Source: a virus. Taken from it: a stretch of DNA of 64,000 nucleotides. The translations under genes were made by a program, and so were the position numbers. Under the pieces are notes generated by a model. It saw only the letters and a program-made list of their open reading frames with translations. It had not been told where the DNA came from and ran no database searches. Position 1 is the stretch's first letter, and each line of letters begins with the position of its first letter. Of the stretch, positions 13,393 through 22,498 are shown one piece after another. The DNA is taken from the IMG/VR virus record IMGVR_UViG_3300045988_016718; one strand, written 5' to 3'.

Positions 13393-16300
13393 ATGAGAAG
13401 ATTTAATACTATAATAGAATCAGCCAACCCTCCTGGTATAAATCAATTATGGATTGATAAGAAGAAGCTAAGATACTTCACAGAAGGCAAATGGCATTTA
13501 CTAGGTGATGGTGGAAGTAATCCACCTGAAATCAGTGACCATGATACTTGGATTATTGATGGAGAAGATACTGGTAAACCCACAAGAGGAGAAGAAGGTA
13601 GTAAGGGAGATAATGGTCTCACACCATTTATAGGTACTAATAAACACTGGTGGATAGGAACTACTGATACTGGTGTTGTTGCAGAAGGAACTGATGGTAT
13701 AGATGGTGATAATGGATTAACTCCTCAACTTAGAGTAACTGATACTGCCGTTGAGTATAGCTATGATGGTATTACATGGACAGAACTGATACCTAAGAGT
13801 GATTTTGTTGTTAAAAATGAAATTACTAATAGTCCTGATGAAGAGGACTTAACATCTATAAATGATAAGCTCAAACTAAAAAATAAAGCTTACTCACCAG
13901 CTGAATTTAGTGGACTTGGAAGAATATATCTTAGGAAAAACATAACAGGAAATAAGAACATACTTACTCAAGACATAATTAATACTGGTAATACTATTTA
14001 TATTATTCAATATGATTATGATTTAAATGGAGCTACTATTACTATTCCTGATAATTGTGTATTACAATTTGATGGCGGTAGTATATCTAATGGTACTATA
14101 ATTGGTAATAATACTATTATTGACGCACTTAATTCCTTACATATATTTAATAATATTAATGCTAATGGAACATATAAAAGTGAATGTTATGTAGATTGGT
14201 TTGGAGCTATACCTTATTATGAGGATATAGATAATCCTATTAATTCAGATGCATCTATTCAATTAGCTTTAAATAGTGGATTTAGAGAAATTAGATTTAA
14301 TGTTGGTATTTATTATATTGCTAATACTTTATTATTAGATTCTGTTAAACATATAGTATTATCAGGAAATGCTACTACATCTTTTGCTTCTGCATATGGC
14401 ATTAAATATGATAAACCAATAGTTGATTCCACAATAATTAGTACTAAAAATGATATTGATTTGTTACATATAGCTATTACTAAATATAGAAATAGTAATT
14501 ATGATAATAAAGTATCCTTATTTATTGAAGGTGGTTGTTTTGATGTTTCTAAAATTGATTATAATAGTTCTGTTATAAAGTTTATTGGTAAAGATTGTAC
14601 AATATGGAGTCATAAAATTAATACTACTATATATGGTCCTTTAAGTGGAATAACTATTAATGACACAATTGATTTAAATACTAAAGGTATTGGGATTGAA
14701 TATACAGAAGAATCAGATGCTACTGGTTACTTTTATATTGCTACAATTGATTCTGATATTAGAGGATTTACTTATGGCATAAAAAATAGTATGCTTGAAA
14801 GTTCTCATATAACATCTTTTGATATAAAGGGTCTTATTGATGGATGTGTTACTCATATAGATATGGGTGTTGGTATAGAATATTCAAGGATAACATCTAC
14901 TATTCAGTCAAGACGTTATTTTGATGATAATGCTAAAACTTATTGTATTATAGGTAAGTTTAATATTACATATGTTGATGCTATTTTTTGGGACTTAAAT
15001 CTTACTGATAAAGATAAGAAAACTAATAGATATGCTTTCTTTATAAATAAAGATGATACAATTACAGTTGGAAAGAATTGTGAAAATCTCCTTCTTAGTT
15101 ATGTTGATGGTTATATTTATAATGCTCATAAAGATTTTAATGATAATGTTATTTTAACTAGAGGTACATTAACTTATGGTAGAAATAGAAAATCATATTT
15201 TGGTTTATTAGATAATGTATATCAGTTTCATAAAGATTATACTTATGAATTAAGTGGGACTATATCACAAGAAGATATACCTTGGGGTAATCCATTTGCA
15301 TTAGATGGTATTTGTATTCAACCTAAAAAGAATGTAAATGGTAGTAATATTAAATTTACTATAACTAATATTGTTAGAGGAACTATTAATAGGTTTTTAG
15401 TTACTGTTCCTATGATTATTACTGCTAATAATTATTCTTTTAAAGAAATTATAATTACTTCTAAACTTAATGGTAATATTGTAAAAAGTTTAACTTTTGA
15501 TAATAGTGAAACTCCAACTATATATGCTCAACCTTTTATTGCTGTATTTAGTAATGACTTATTTACAGTAGAAACTGATACTCTTGAAGTAGAACTTAAT
15601 AATCTTCAAATGACAGATGCTAATATAAATAAGCAATTATTTGTTATGTTTGAAGGTAGTTCTACTTATAATGATTATAAGCAAATAGGTACTCGTGAAT
15701 ATACTGAAATAAGTACTGGTGGTACATTTAAATTACATGATAATATTTTAAGATATTTTGGTGGTTCTACTCCATTTCTAAGGAATGTTACTGATGGTTC
15801 TAATATATATAGTACAGCATATATGCCTATATACTTTGACGCTCAAGTAATATTAGATTTAATTGCTGCAAATCCAACTGCTTATGGCGAAGGAGCTAGA
15901 TTTAATCTTTATACTGGAAATAATGAATATAGGATGCTTATTTATTCTAAACGTTTAAATATGCTTCTTACTCCTGAAGGTTATACATATTTTAAAAGTA
16001 GACAAGGAAACACAGAATCAAGACCAGTATTAACTGCAAGAGATGTTGGATTTGTTTATTATGATACAACTATTAGTAGACCTATACTTTGGACAGGAAG
16101 TAGATGGTTTGATTGGACAACTGCTAATATGTCTACTCTTACATTTACAGGTGCAGTAGAAGCTACATATAATGGTTCTGCTCCTGTAACAGTTAATATA
16201 CCAACAGGTGGTGGTGGAACTACAAATTATGAGGACTTATCAAATAAACCAAAGATTGGAGATGTAGAATTAGTTGGTACTAAAACATTAGTACAACTAG

Positions 16301-16413
16301 GTATTCAACCAGCAGGTGATTATGCCACAGAGACTTATGTAACTGAACAAATAACTGCTGCAATAGGTACAATAAACACAGCACTTGATAATATAAATGG
16401 AGAGGTGATATAA
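13393..16413 (+). CDS. Tail fibre / tailspike (beta-helix-like receptor-binding protein)
   Basis: The 1006-aa ORF has collagen-like GEEGSKGDNGLTP and GTDGIDGDNGLTP. It also has the beta-helix-like segment IYIIQYDYDLNGATITIPDNCVLQFDGGSISNGTIIGNNTII and C-terminal YEDLSNKPKI. Confidence 0.75.
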   Translation: MRRFNTIIESANPPGINQLWIDKKKLRYFTEGKWHLLGDGGSNPPEISDHDTWIIDGEDTGKPTRGEEGSKGDNGLTPFIGTNKHWWIGTTDTGVVAEGTDGIDGDNGLTPQLRVTDTAVEYSYDGITWTELIPKSDFVVKNEITNSPDEEDLTSINDKLKLKNKAYSPAEFSGLGRIYLRKNITGNKNILTQDIINTGNTIYIIQYDYDLNGATITIPDNCVLQFDGGSISNGTIIGNNTIIDALNSLHIFNNINANGTYKSECYVDWFGAIPYYEDIDNPINSDASIQLALNSGFREIRFNVGIYYIANTLLLDSVKHIVLSGNATTSFASAYGIKYDKPIVDSTIISTKNDIDLLHIAITKYRNSNYDNKVSLFIEGGCFDVSKIDYNSSVIKFIGKDCTIWSHKINTTIYGPLSGITINDTIDLNTKGIGIEYTEESDATGYFYIATIDSDIRGFTYGIKNSMLESSHITSFDIKGLIDGCVTHIDMGVGIEYSRITSTIQSRRYFDDNAKTYCIIGKFNITYVDAIFWDLNLTDKDKKTNRYAFFINKDDTITVGKNCENLLLSYVDGYIYNAHKDFNDNVILTRGTLTYGRNRKSYFGLLDNVYQFHKDYTYELSGTISQEDIPWGNPFALDGICIQPKKNVNGSNIKFTITNIVRGTINRFLVTVPMIITANNYSFKEIIITSKLNGNIVKSLTFDNSETPTIYAQPFIAVFSNDLFTVETDTLEVELNNLQMTDANINKQLFVMFEGSSTYNDYKQIGTREYTEISTGGTFKLHDNILRYFGGSTPFLRNVTDGSNIYSTAYMPIYFDAQVILDLIAANPTAYGEGARFNLYTGNNEYRMLIYSKRLNMLLTPEGYTYFKSRQGNTESRPVLTARDVGFVYYDTTISRPILWTGSRWFDWTTANMSTLTFTGAVEATYNGSAPVTVNIPTGGGGTTNYEDLSNKPKIGDVELVGTKTLVQLGIQPAGDYATETYVTEQITAAIGTINTALDNINGEVI

Positions 16414-17390
16414 TGGGAACAACAGTTGATAAACTAAATAAACTTGCTCAAACTAAGGCTGCTATAAAGGCAGCCATAGAAGCAAAGGGTGTTACAGTAG
16501 GAGATGCTGTCTTTGGTGACTATCCTTCTAAAGTGGCAGCCATAGAAGGTGGGGGTGGAAGCACCTCTGCCTCTTATGAACAGATTTTAGATAGAATGAA
16601 AGTTCTTCTTAATGAAGCTCTTGCTAAATATACTGACTATGTTAGAGGGAATATATTTGCTTTTAGACCATACCCTTGGATTCAGAACTTATATAGATGG
16701 AACAATAATGTTGCTAACAAGGCTTGGGAAATAGGGGGCACATTGTATTCATATACAGGCGGAGATACAGTATTTATTAAACCTGTCAGTGAGTTTTCAG
16801 ATTTAGGTTTTACCGATAGTGAAGGATATAATCTTAAATATGTTATAGTTCTATTTTCTAATAATAATCAAGATGATGGTTATAATTGTTTTTATGAATT
16901 TCCTATGGTAGATATTGATGGAACAAGAACTGGAAATAATAGTAATTATAATATGTTTAGATATGTTGTTTCTAATGGTATGACTCCTGCATTAACTTAT
17001 GTCGATACTCCTGAATTATTGGCTTTAGATTTAACTGATTGTATAGATATGAGTAATACTTCAACAGGATATATATGGAGAGGAAATACTGTTGAATATA
17101 TTAGAGGTATTAACTTTGCAAATTTCACAGGAAAATTTGACTTCTCTAATATTCATGTGGTTAAAGACTTAAAGAACTTAACTGCATTTACTATTCAAAG
17201 TTATGCTTATCAAATGACAGTTGATAGTCTTATAGTAATGCTTGATGCTCTAATTGATACTACAGCTTCTCCTAAAAGTCAAGGTGTAGGCAATACTGCT
17301 AATCTTAGAAAATTACAGGCTTCAAGTGGAGGACTTGCTGCTATTGCAAGAGCTGAAGCTAAAGGTTATACTATAACATCTAGTACATAA
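16413..17390 (+). CDS. Fibre-associated structural protein
   Basis: The 325-aa ORF has an N-terminus LNKLAQTKAAIKAAIEAKGVTVGDAVFGDYPSKVAAI typical of phage fibre proteins. It is joined to its neighbours by TAATG overlaps. Confidence 0.7.
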   Translation: MGTTVDKLNKLAQTKAAIKAAIEAKGVTVGDAVFGDYPSKVAAIEGGGGSTSASYEQILDRMKVLLNEALAKYTDYVRGNIFAFRPYPWIQNLYRWNNNVANKAWEIGGTLYSYTGGDTVFIKPVSEFSDLGFTDSEGYNLKYVIVLFSNNNQDDGYNCFYEFPMVDIDGTRTGNNSNYNMFRYVVSNGMTPALTYVDTPELLALDLTDCIDMSNTSTGYIWRGNTVEYIRGINFANFTGKFDFSNIHVVKDLKNLTAFTIQSYAYQMTVDSLIVMLDALIDTTASPKSQGVGNTANLRKLQASSGGLAAIARAEAKGYTITSST

Positions 17391-17986
17391 TGAAATGGAC
17401 AATAAGTTTAATACTAATATTGATGTTAGGTGCAGGTTACCTGCTATACACCAATAAACAGTTGAGAGAGAAGTATAATACCTCTGTTGAGAATGTTAAG
17501 GCATATGATGCTCAACTAGGTGGACTAAAGGATGATAATAGAGTCTTTAAACTGACTGTGGAACAATTGAATTACTTCAATGATTCTATTGTCAAGAAGC
17601 TGAATGAATCCAGAAAGGATTTAGGAATCAAAGATAAGCATATTCAACAGTTACAATATGAGTTACTTACAGCAAGTAAGGCTGATACTTTGGATTTGAA
17701 AGATACAATCTTTGTGAATAACTTCAAGCTGGACACCATAGTTGGAGATAAGTGGGTTAGAACCTACTTACATATGAAGTATCCTAGTACCATAGCATTG
17801 AAACCAGAGGTTACATTGGAGAGACATACCTTTATAAATGGTAAAAGGGAGACTGTGAATCCACCTAAGAAATTCTTTCTTTTAAGGTGGTTCCAGAAGA
17901 AGCACACTGTAGTAGAAGTTACCACTAGGGAGTTGAATCCTTATGTAGAAGAAAAGATACAGAAATACATACAAATAATAGACTAA
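17390..17986 (+). CDS. Membrane-anchored coiled-coil protein (spanin/holin-class candidate)
   Basis: The 198-aa ORF has an N-terminal TM segment WTISLILILMLGAGYLLY. Confidence 0.65.
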   Translation: MKWTISLILILMLGAGYLLYTNKQLREKYNTSVENVKAYDAQLGGLKDDNRVFKLTVEQLNYFNDSIVKKLNESRKDLGIKDKHIQQLQYELLTASKADTLDLKDTIFVNNFKLDTIVGDKWVRTYLHMKYPSTIALKPEVTLERHTFINGKRETVNPPKKFFLLRWFQKKHTVVEVTTRELNPYVEEKIQKYIQIID

Positions 17987-17987
17987 T

Positions 17988-18341
17988 ATGATTGATATGG
18001 GGATACTCATTACAGGTGCTATAGGCTTACTAACCACTTTAATTAGTGGTTGGACTTCATGGTTCTTTGCTAGAAAGAAATACAACAGTGAGGTAGATGG
18101 CAACCTGATAGCTAACATGAAGGAGTCATTAGAGTTCTACAAGCAACTCTCTGATGACAACAAGAAGAGACTAGATGAAGCTCTTAAGAGAAGTGACTAT
18201 CTTGAAGAAGAAGTTAAAGAACTTAGGAAGCAAGTACTTAACCTAATGACAGTAATGTGCACAGATTTAAGTTGTCAACTTAGAAAAGGTGACTATAAGA
18301 CAATATTAGAAAATGGAACTAGTATTAAAGAGAACATTTAA
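17988..18341 (+). CDS. Membrane-anchored coiled-coil protein (holin/spanin-class candidate)
   Basis: The 117-aa ORF has the TM segment GILITGAIGLLTTLISGWTSWFFA followed by a charged coiled coil. Confidence 0.65.
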   Translation: MIDMGILITGAIGLLTTLISGWTSWFFARKKYNSEVDGNLIANMKESLEFYKQLSDDNKKRLDEALKRSDYLEEEVKELRKQVLNLMTVMCTDLSCQLRKGDYKTILENGTSIKENI

Positions 18342-18774
18342 AGGACCTAATTATACTATAGGTCAACTCTATGTTAATGGAGTATATGAATGTGATACCC
18401 TTGAGGATACTGATAGGGGACTTACAAGTGATATGACTGTACAGGAAATAGCAGCTAAGAAGCTTTATGGAGAGACAGCTATTCCTACAGGTACTTACAA
18501 GATTGACATGAATACAGTCAGTCCTAAGTTCAAAGACAGGTCATGGGCTAAGTTCTGTGGTGGTAAACTACCAAGACTTCTTGAGGTCAAAGGTTATTCA
18601 GGAGTATTAATTCATGTGGGTAATAAGCCAGCTGATACCCTAGGCTGTATCTTAGTAGGTGATAATAAGATTAAGGGACAGGTAATTAACTCTACATCTA
18701 CCTTTCAACAACTATATCATTTGATGCTTAGAGCTAGTGTAAGAGGTGAATCATTAACAATTAAAATAGAGTAA
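18313..18774 (+). CDS. Putative cell-wall-active protein (DUF5675-like; YkuD-reminiscent H..TLGCI motif)
   Basis: The 153-aa ORF has TIGQLYVNGVYECDTLED, TAIPTGTYKI and GVLIHVGNKPADTLGCILVG. The functional assignment is tentative. Confidence 0.6.
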   Translation: MELVLKRTFKGPNYTIGQLYVNGVYECDTLEDTDRGLTSDMTVQEIAAKKLYGETAIPTGTYKIDMNTVSPKFKDRSWAKFCGGKLPRLLEVKGYSGVLIHVGNKPADTLGCILVGDNKIKGQVINSTSTFQQLYHLMLRASVRGESLTIKIE

Positions 18775-18778
18775 CTGT

Positions 18779-18838
18779 ATGGGAAGAGCTAAACCAAGAA
18801 ATGGTACTGCTGGTGCCAAGAAAACTAAAAAGAAATAA
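18779..18838 (+). CDS. Tiny basic peptide, copy 1 (19 aa)
   Basis: ATG at 18779 gives MGRAKPRNGTAGAKKTKKK, ending at TAA 18836-18838. It is a paralogue of 18859-18939. Confidence 0.3.
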   Translation: MGRAKPRNGTAGAKKTKKK

Positions 18839-18858
18839 TAACTAAAAAATAATGTATT

Positions 18859-18939
18859 ATGGGAAGAGCAAAGCCAATGAATGGAACAACTTCTTATAGA
18901 CCAAAAGCTAAAGCAAAGTCTACTAAGAAGAAAAAGTGA
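18859..18939 (+). CDS. Tiny basic peptide, copy 2 (26 aa)
   Basis: ATG at 18859 gives MGRAKPMNGTTSYRPKAKAKSTKKKK, ending at TGA 18937-18939. Confidence 0.3.
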   Translation: MGRAKPMNGTTSYRPKAKAKSTKKKK

Positions 18940-18944
18940 ATGGT

Positions 18945-19319
18945 ATGAATAAAAGAATGTATAAGTTAGAGTTATTGTGTGTAAAGTATGTACCCATAAT
19001 CATAGCAGCCATAGTGTTATTGAATGCTATACTTGCTCGCTTTGATGTGTATGTTGATGAACTCAATTACATTGCAGGTACTAGTTTCTTAACTCTAATT
19101 CCAATGTACATATCTAGTATAGTGTATAAGTTTTGTAAGTATCACAGAATGTTCATTCATTACATTCTAACTCACAAGATTGTAGCAACAATAGATATGT
19201 ACATTGGCATACTACTGGAAGATGGTATGTTACTATTACTATATCTAATTATAGCAGGTATTTTTGCTTTTCTTGCATTATATCTGCATCAAAAGTATGG
19301 GGGAAGGAAGAATGATTGA
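18945..19319 (+). CDS. Multi-pass membrane protein (holin candidate)
   Basis: The ORF has 3-4 hydrophobic segments. The first ATG is at 18945, whereas the ORF-track start at 18936 is a GTG. Confidence 0.65.
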   Translation: MNKRMYKLELLCVKYVPIIIAAIVLLNAILARFDVYVDELNYIAGTSFLTLIPMYISSIVYKFCKYHRMFIHYILTHKIVATIDMYIGILLEDGMLLLLYLIIAGIFAFLALYLHQKYGGRKND

Positions 19320-19611
19320 ACTGATTAAGAAGTATTTATTGAAGTTAGTAGATGATATTGATGCTGGTAATTCTAATATCAGTGACAGTGAAGCTATTGA
19401 GTTAGTTGATACATTGAAGAGATTGACTGATAAGGAGAAGAGAATGAGTAAATATGCTGCTTGCAGGTACTTAAATATGAGTAGAGCTACATTTGATAAC
19501 TATGTCAGAACTGGCAAATTGCCTAAAGGAAAACATGAAATAGGTTTCAAAGAATTAAGTTATAGCAAGAAGGACTTGGATGAGTTTATAAGAAAGTATA
19601 AACAAGGATGA
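19312..19611 (+). CDS. Helix-turn-helix DNA-binding protein
   Basis: From the ATG at 19312 the protein reads MIELIKKY. It has the HTH-like segment MSKYAACRYLNMSRATFDNYVRTGKLPKG. The track start at 19264 overlaps the previous gene. Confidence 0.65.
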   Translation: MIELIKKYLLKLVDDIDAGNSNISDSEAIELVDTLKRLTDKEKRMSKYAACRYLNMSRATFDNYVRTGKLPKGKHEIGFKELSYSKKDLDEFIRKYKQG

Positions 19612-19625
19612 AATGAGAGGTTGAT

Positions 19626-19988
19626 ATGATAACAAAGAAGAACATGATAATACCCATATTTGACTATAAGCTAACTGTGCTTATATTTGATAAATGGGAA
19701 GAACTTGAGGGTATAATACCTGATGAAGAACTAGATGTTTCAGCTAGAGCTATTACTATAAGTAAACATGGTGCATCATTAGTAGCAGTTAATGCTAAAT
19801 GTGGTGGAAGTATAGTGCATGAAGCTGAACATATAAAGAACAACCTATGGATACATATAGGTTATAATCCACAGAAAGATAATGATGAAGTAGATGCTTA
19901 CTTAGTTGCATACATCTACAACAAGATAGTTGATGTATATTATAAGCACCTTGGTAGTAAAGGTGCACTTGCAAGGGATACTTTTTAG
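19626..19988 (+). CDS. Small protein with HExxH motif
   Basis: The 120-aa ORF contains SIVHEAEHIKNN. Confidence 0.65.
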   Translation: MITKKNMIIPIFDYKLTVLIFDKWEELEGIIPDEELDVSARAITISKHGASLVAVNAKCGGSIVHEAEHIKNNLWIHIGYNPQKDNDEVDAYLVAYIYNKIVDVYYKHLGSKGALARDTF

Positions 19989-20003
19989 TATCCCTTTCTT
20001 TTT
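19974..20003 (+). terminator. Intrinsic terminator
   Basis: Hairpin AGGGATAC-TTTTTA-GTATCCCT followed by TTCTTTTT. Confidence 0.7.
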
Positions 20004-20029
20004 GCCTATTAGTAACATAGTGCTAACAT

Positions 20030-20064
20030 AAAGCCCTGTATATCAGATTGATATATGGGGCTTT
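20030..20064 (+). terminator. Second hairpin after the module (weak T-tract)
   Basis: Hairpin AAAGCCCTGTATATCA-GAT-TGATATATGGGGCTTT. Confidence 0.4.
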
Positions 20065-20070
20065 AGCATT

Positions 20071-20103
20071 GTTGTACATCTTGACTTATTCTACTTAAAT
20101 TTG
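20071..20103 (+). promoter_or_regulatory. Bacteroides-type promoter
   Basis: GTTG at 20071-20074, a 21-nt spacer and TAAATTTG at 20096-20103, preceded by CTACT. Confidence 0.45.
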
Positions 20104-20161
20104 TACCTGTAAGCTTACAAAGAGAGAATAAACTAATTAGAAACAATTAATTTCAGTTATT

Positions 20162-20926
20162 ATGGAAATTATTGAAAAAGAAAAGATTGTAGAACATCAG
20201 GATGGCTACTATGGACCTAACAAAAGGGACATAAATGGTAAGGCAAATGCTGGTCTTACATTAGGTATCATTGGTACTGCACTAGGTGCATGGGCTTTAT
20301 TTGGTAACAGAAGAACTAGTGCCTTCGGTGGTTTATCAGGTGGTGGTGGTTCTACCAACATCAATGTTAATGGTATTGAAGGAATGTCTAATGGTCTGAA
20401 TGCTCCTACTGCTTTCCAAGCATGGGAAAAAGGCTGTGAGGATACACTTGCACTACAAAGTGGTCTGTACAATTGGGCTTTGACTCAACAAAACCAAAGA
20501 TTCCAAGATAGACAAACTATCGACAGTGAAATGTTTGGTCTTTATAAGAGTCAAGTAGATGCAGATTTTGGTCTGTATAAGAGTACAAGAGATGGATTTG
20601 ATGTACTGAATGCTAGACAGCAACAGGATGCTTTCAATCTATACAAGTCTCAAAGAGATGCTGATGACAGTATCATGAAGGAACTGTCAGACCTTAAGGC
20701 TCAAGTAGCTATTAATTCAGCTATCAGACCTTATCAGGATAAACTTATCCAATGTGAAATTGATAGAGCATTCACTGCTGGTATCAACTATACAGACAGA
20801 AAGACTTGTAATGTTATCTATGGTCAGGTTTGTTTACCTAATGAACCTACTATTACTGGTTATGTAGGAGCAAATCAGTGTGGTTGCCCTAGGGTAATAC
20901 CTGCTGCTGCTACACCTGCAACATAA
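20162..20926 (+). CDS. Membrane-anchored hypothetical protein with LYKS repeats
   Basis: The 254-aa ORF has the TM segment GLTLGIIGTALGAWALFG and a Gly-rich linker. It also has three FxLYKSxxDxD repeats. Confidence 0.7.
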   Translation: MEIIEKEKIVEHQDGYYGPNKRDINGKANAGLTLGIIGTALGAWALFGNRRTSAFGGLSGGGGSTNINVNGIEGMSNGLNAPTAFQAWEKGCEDTLALQSGLYNWALTQQNQRFQDRQTIDSEMFGLYKSQVDADFGLYKSTRDGFDVLNARQQQDAFNLYKSQRDADDSIMKELSDLKAQVAINSAIRPYQDKLIQCEIDRAFTAGINYTDRKTCNVIYGQVCLPNEPTITGYVGANQCGCPRVIPAAATPAT

Positions 20927-20932
20927 GTATAT

Positions 20933-20958
20933 GAGGGGGTATATCCCCCTCACTTTTT
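20933..20958 (+). terminator. Intrinsic terminator
   Basis: Hairpin GAGGGGG-TATAT-CCCCCTC followed by ACTTTTT. Confidence 0.75.
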
Positions 20959-20979
20959 AAACACTAACTCTTATATGTT

Positions 20980-21483
20980 ATGATACCAATTAATCAGGTG
21001 ATATTAGGTGGTGGAGACCCACTACTAGGTACTAATGTTAGCACTAGTATAGATGAACAACTACAATTATTGGAGAGACAGAAACAAGTACTTGAAACTG
21101 CAAGACAACAAAGACAACAACAGCAGTTACCTGTACAGCAATCTGCTCCACAAAGACTAATCTGGGATGAAATAGATACAGAAATTGAACCTATGACAAA
21201 TGAACAGAAGAATATGTTGTTTCAGGATGAAGACTATGTAGACATATATAATAAGCTACAAGGTCTTGTGCAAGCTGAAATCCTTAGTCTGGTTAAGGCA
21301 AGGATTGAGAATACCCAAGAGGGTAAGGAACTACTATCACAACAGTTGAAGATAGTAAAGAAACTTAAGGGAAAGATTATAGATACTACTAACAGGGAAA
21401 TGGAAATGTTCAGAAAGTTCAGGGAGTTCAGTAAACAGAATCCTACTGTGACTTATGAAGAATTTGTTAAAGCTAATATGTGA
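20980..21483 (+). CDS. Hypothetical Gln-rich coiled-coil protein
   Basis: 167-aa ORF. Confidence 0.7.
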   Translation: MIPINQVILGGGDPLLGTNVSTSIDEQLQLLERQKQVLETARQQRQQQQLPVQQSAPQRLIWDEIDTEIEPMTNEQKNMLFQDEDYVDIYNKLQGLVQAEILSLVKARIENTQEGKELLSQQLKIVKKLKGKIIDTTNREMEMFRKFREFSKQNPTVTYEEFVKANM

Positions 21484-21485
21484 TT

Positions 21486-21863
21486 ATGATAACTATACCT
21501 CAACTAAAGGAAAGATTGCAATCTTACTTAGTGGCTCAAGTAGAGTCACTTGCTAAGACTAATCCTATGATAGGATTTACCAAGCCTTTGATAACCAGAG
21601 CACTTAACAAGAATCTATCAAAACTTGATAAGGCTCTTGACCTAATTGCTGATGAGAATGGAAACATTGAGATAGAAGGAATACTTGAAGAAATGATTGA
21701 ATCAGTTGTTTCAGGTAATCCATTCAAGATGAAAACTCCATTCATGGGTGATGTTGAAATAGGTGGTGGTCTGATTAAGCTTAATGTACCATTGACAGAT
21801 AAGAGTTTAGTGTTTAATGAGAGTGACCTGCTTGGGTTTAAAGAAATACTAACAGCTAAATAA
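21486..21863 (+). CDS. Hypothetical protein
   Basis: The first ATG is at 21486 (MITIPQLKERL). The track start at 21480 is a GTG. Confidence 0.65.
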   Translation: MITIPQLKERLQSYLVAQVESLAKTNPMIGFTKPLITRALNKNLSKLDKALDLIADENGNIEIEGILEEMIESVVSGNPFKMKTPFMGDVEIGGGLIKLNVPLTDKSLVFNESDLLGFKEILTAK

Positions 21864-21871
21864 CTAGTACT

Positions 21872-22498
21872 ATGGATGAAATTTTAATGAGAGAATACCT
21901 TAGAAGTAAGGGTAAAGGAATGTCTGATGAGGACTTCATGAGAAACATGAAGGAACACTTCAATACTAAGTATGCTAGAGGCAGAGGTAGAGGTAGAGGA
22001 ATGAGAGATTCAGATTATGGAGACTTCTTTGAAGAAGAGGACATGAGAAGATTTGATGATTTCTATATCAACAGACACAACAGTGAATCTGATTTTATTG
22101 ACATGGTGAAGAACATGAACCATGAAGAGAAGAAGAAACTTGTTGAAATGATTGAAGGTGGAGAAGGTTCTGAACACTTCAATGATTCCTATGCCAAGTA
22201 TACAGTATCTAAGATGTTCCATACAGAAGGTGGCAGAAAGTATGTTGGAGAAAAGTTTGACATGCTTAAAGCTAAGGAAATCTGTGAAAGATACAGAGGT
22301 ATAATCCCTCAATCAGCTACTCATGGTGATGTATATGTTGCAATCAATGCACAGTATCATGACTATTGTGAGTTATTTAAGGCATGGTTTGGGGATAGTG
22401 TAGATAGCAAGATTATAGAATCAGCTATCAACTTCTGGTTCAAGGATGATGACTTTAAAAGTGGATGTAAAGTATGGAAATACTTTAATATGATGTAA
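21872..22498 (+). CDS. Hypothetical protein
   Basis: 208-aa ORF followed by a terminator. Confidence 0.7.
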   Translation: MDEILMREYLRSKGKGMSDEDFMRNMKEHFNTKYARGRGRGRGMRDSDYGDFFEEEDMRRFDDFYINRHNSESDFIDMVKNMNHEEKKKLVEMIEGGEGSEHFNDSYAKYTVSKMFHTEGGRKYVGEKFDMLKAKEICERYRGIIPQSATHGDVYVAINAQYHDYCELFKAWFGDSVDSKIIESAINFWFKDDDFKSGCKVWKYFNMM

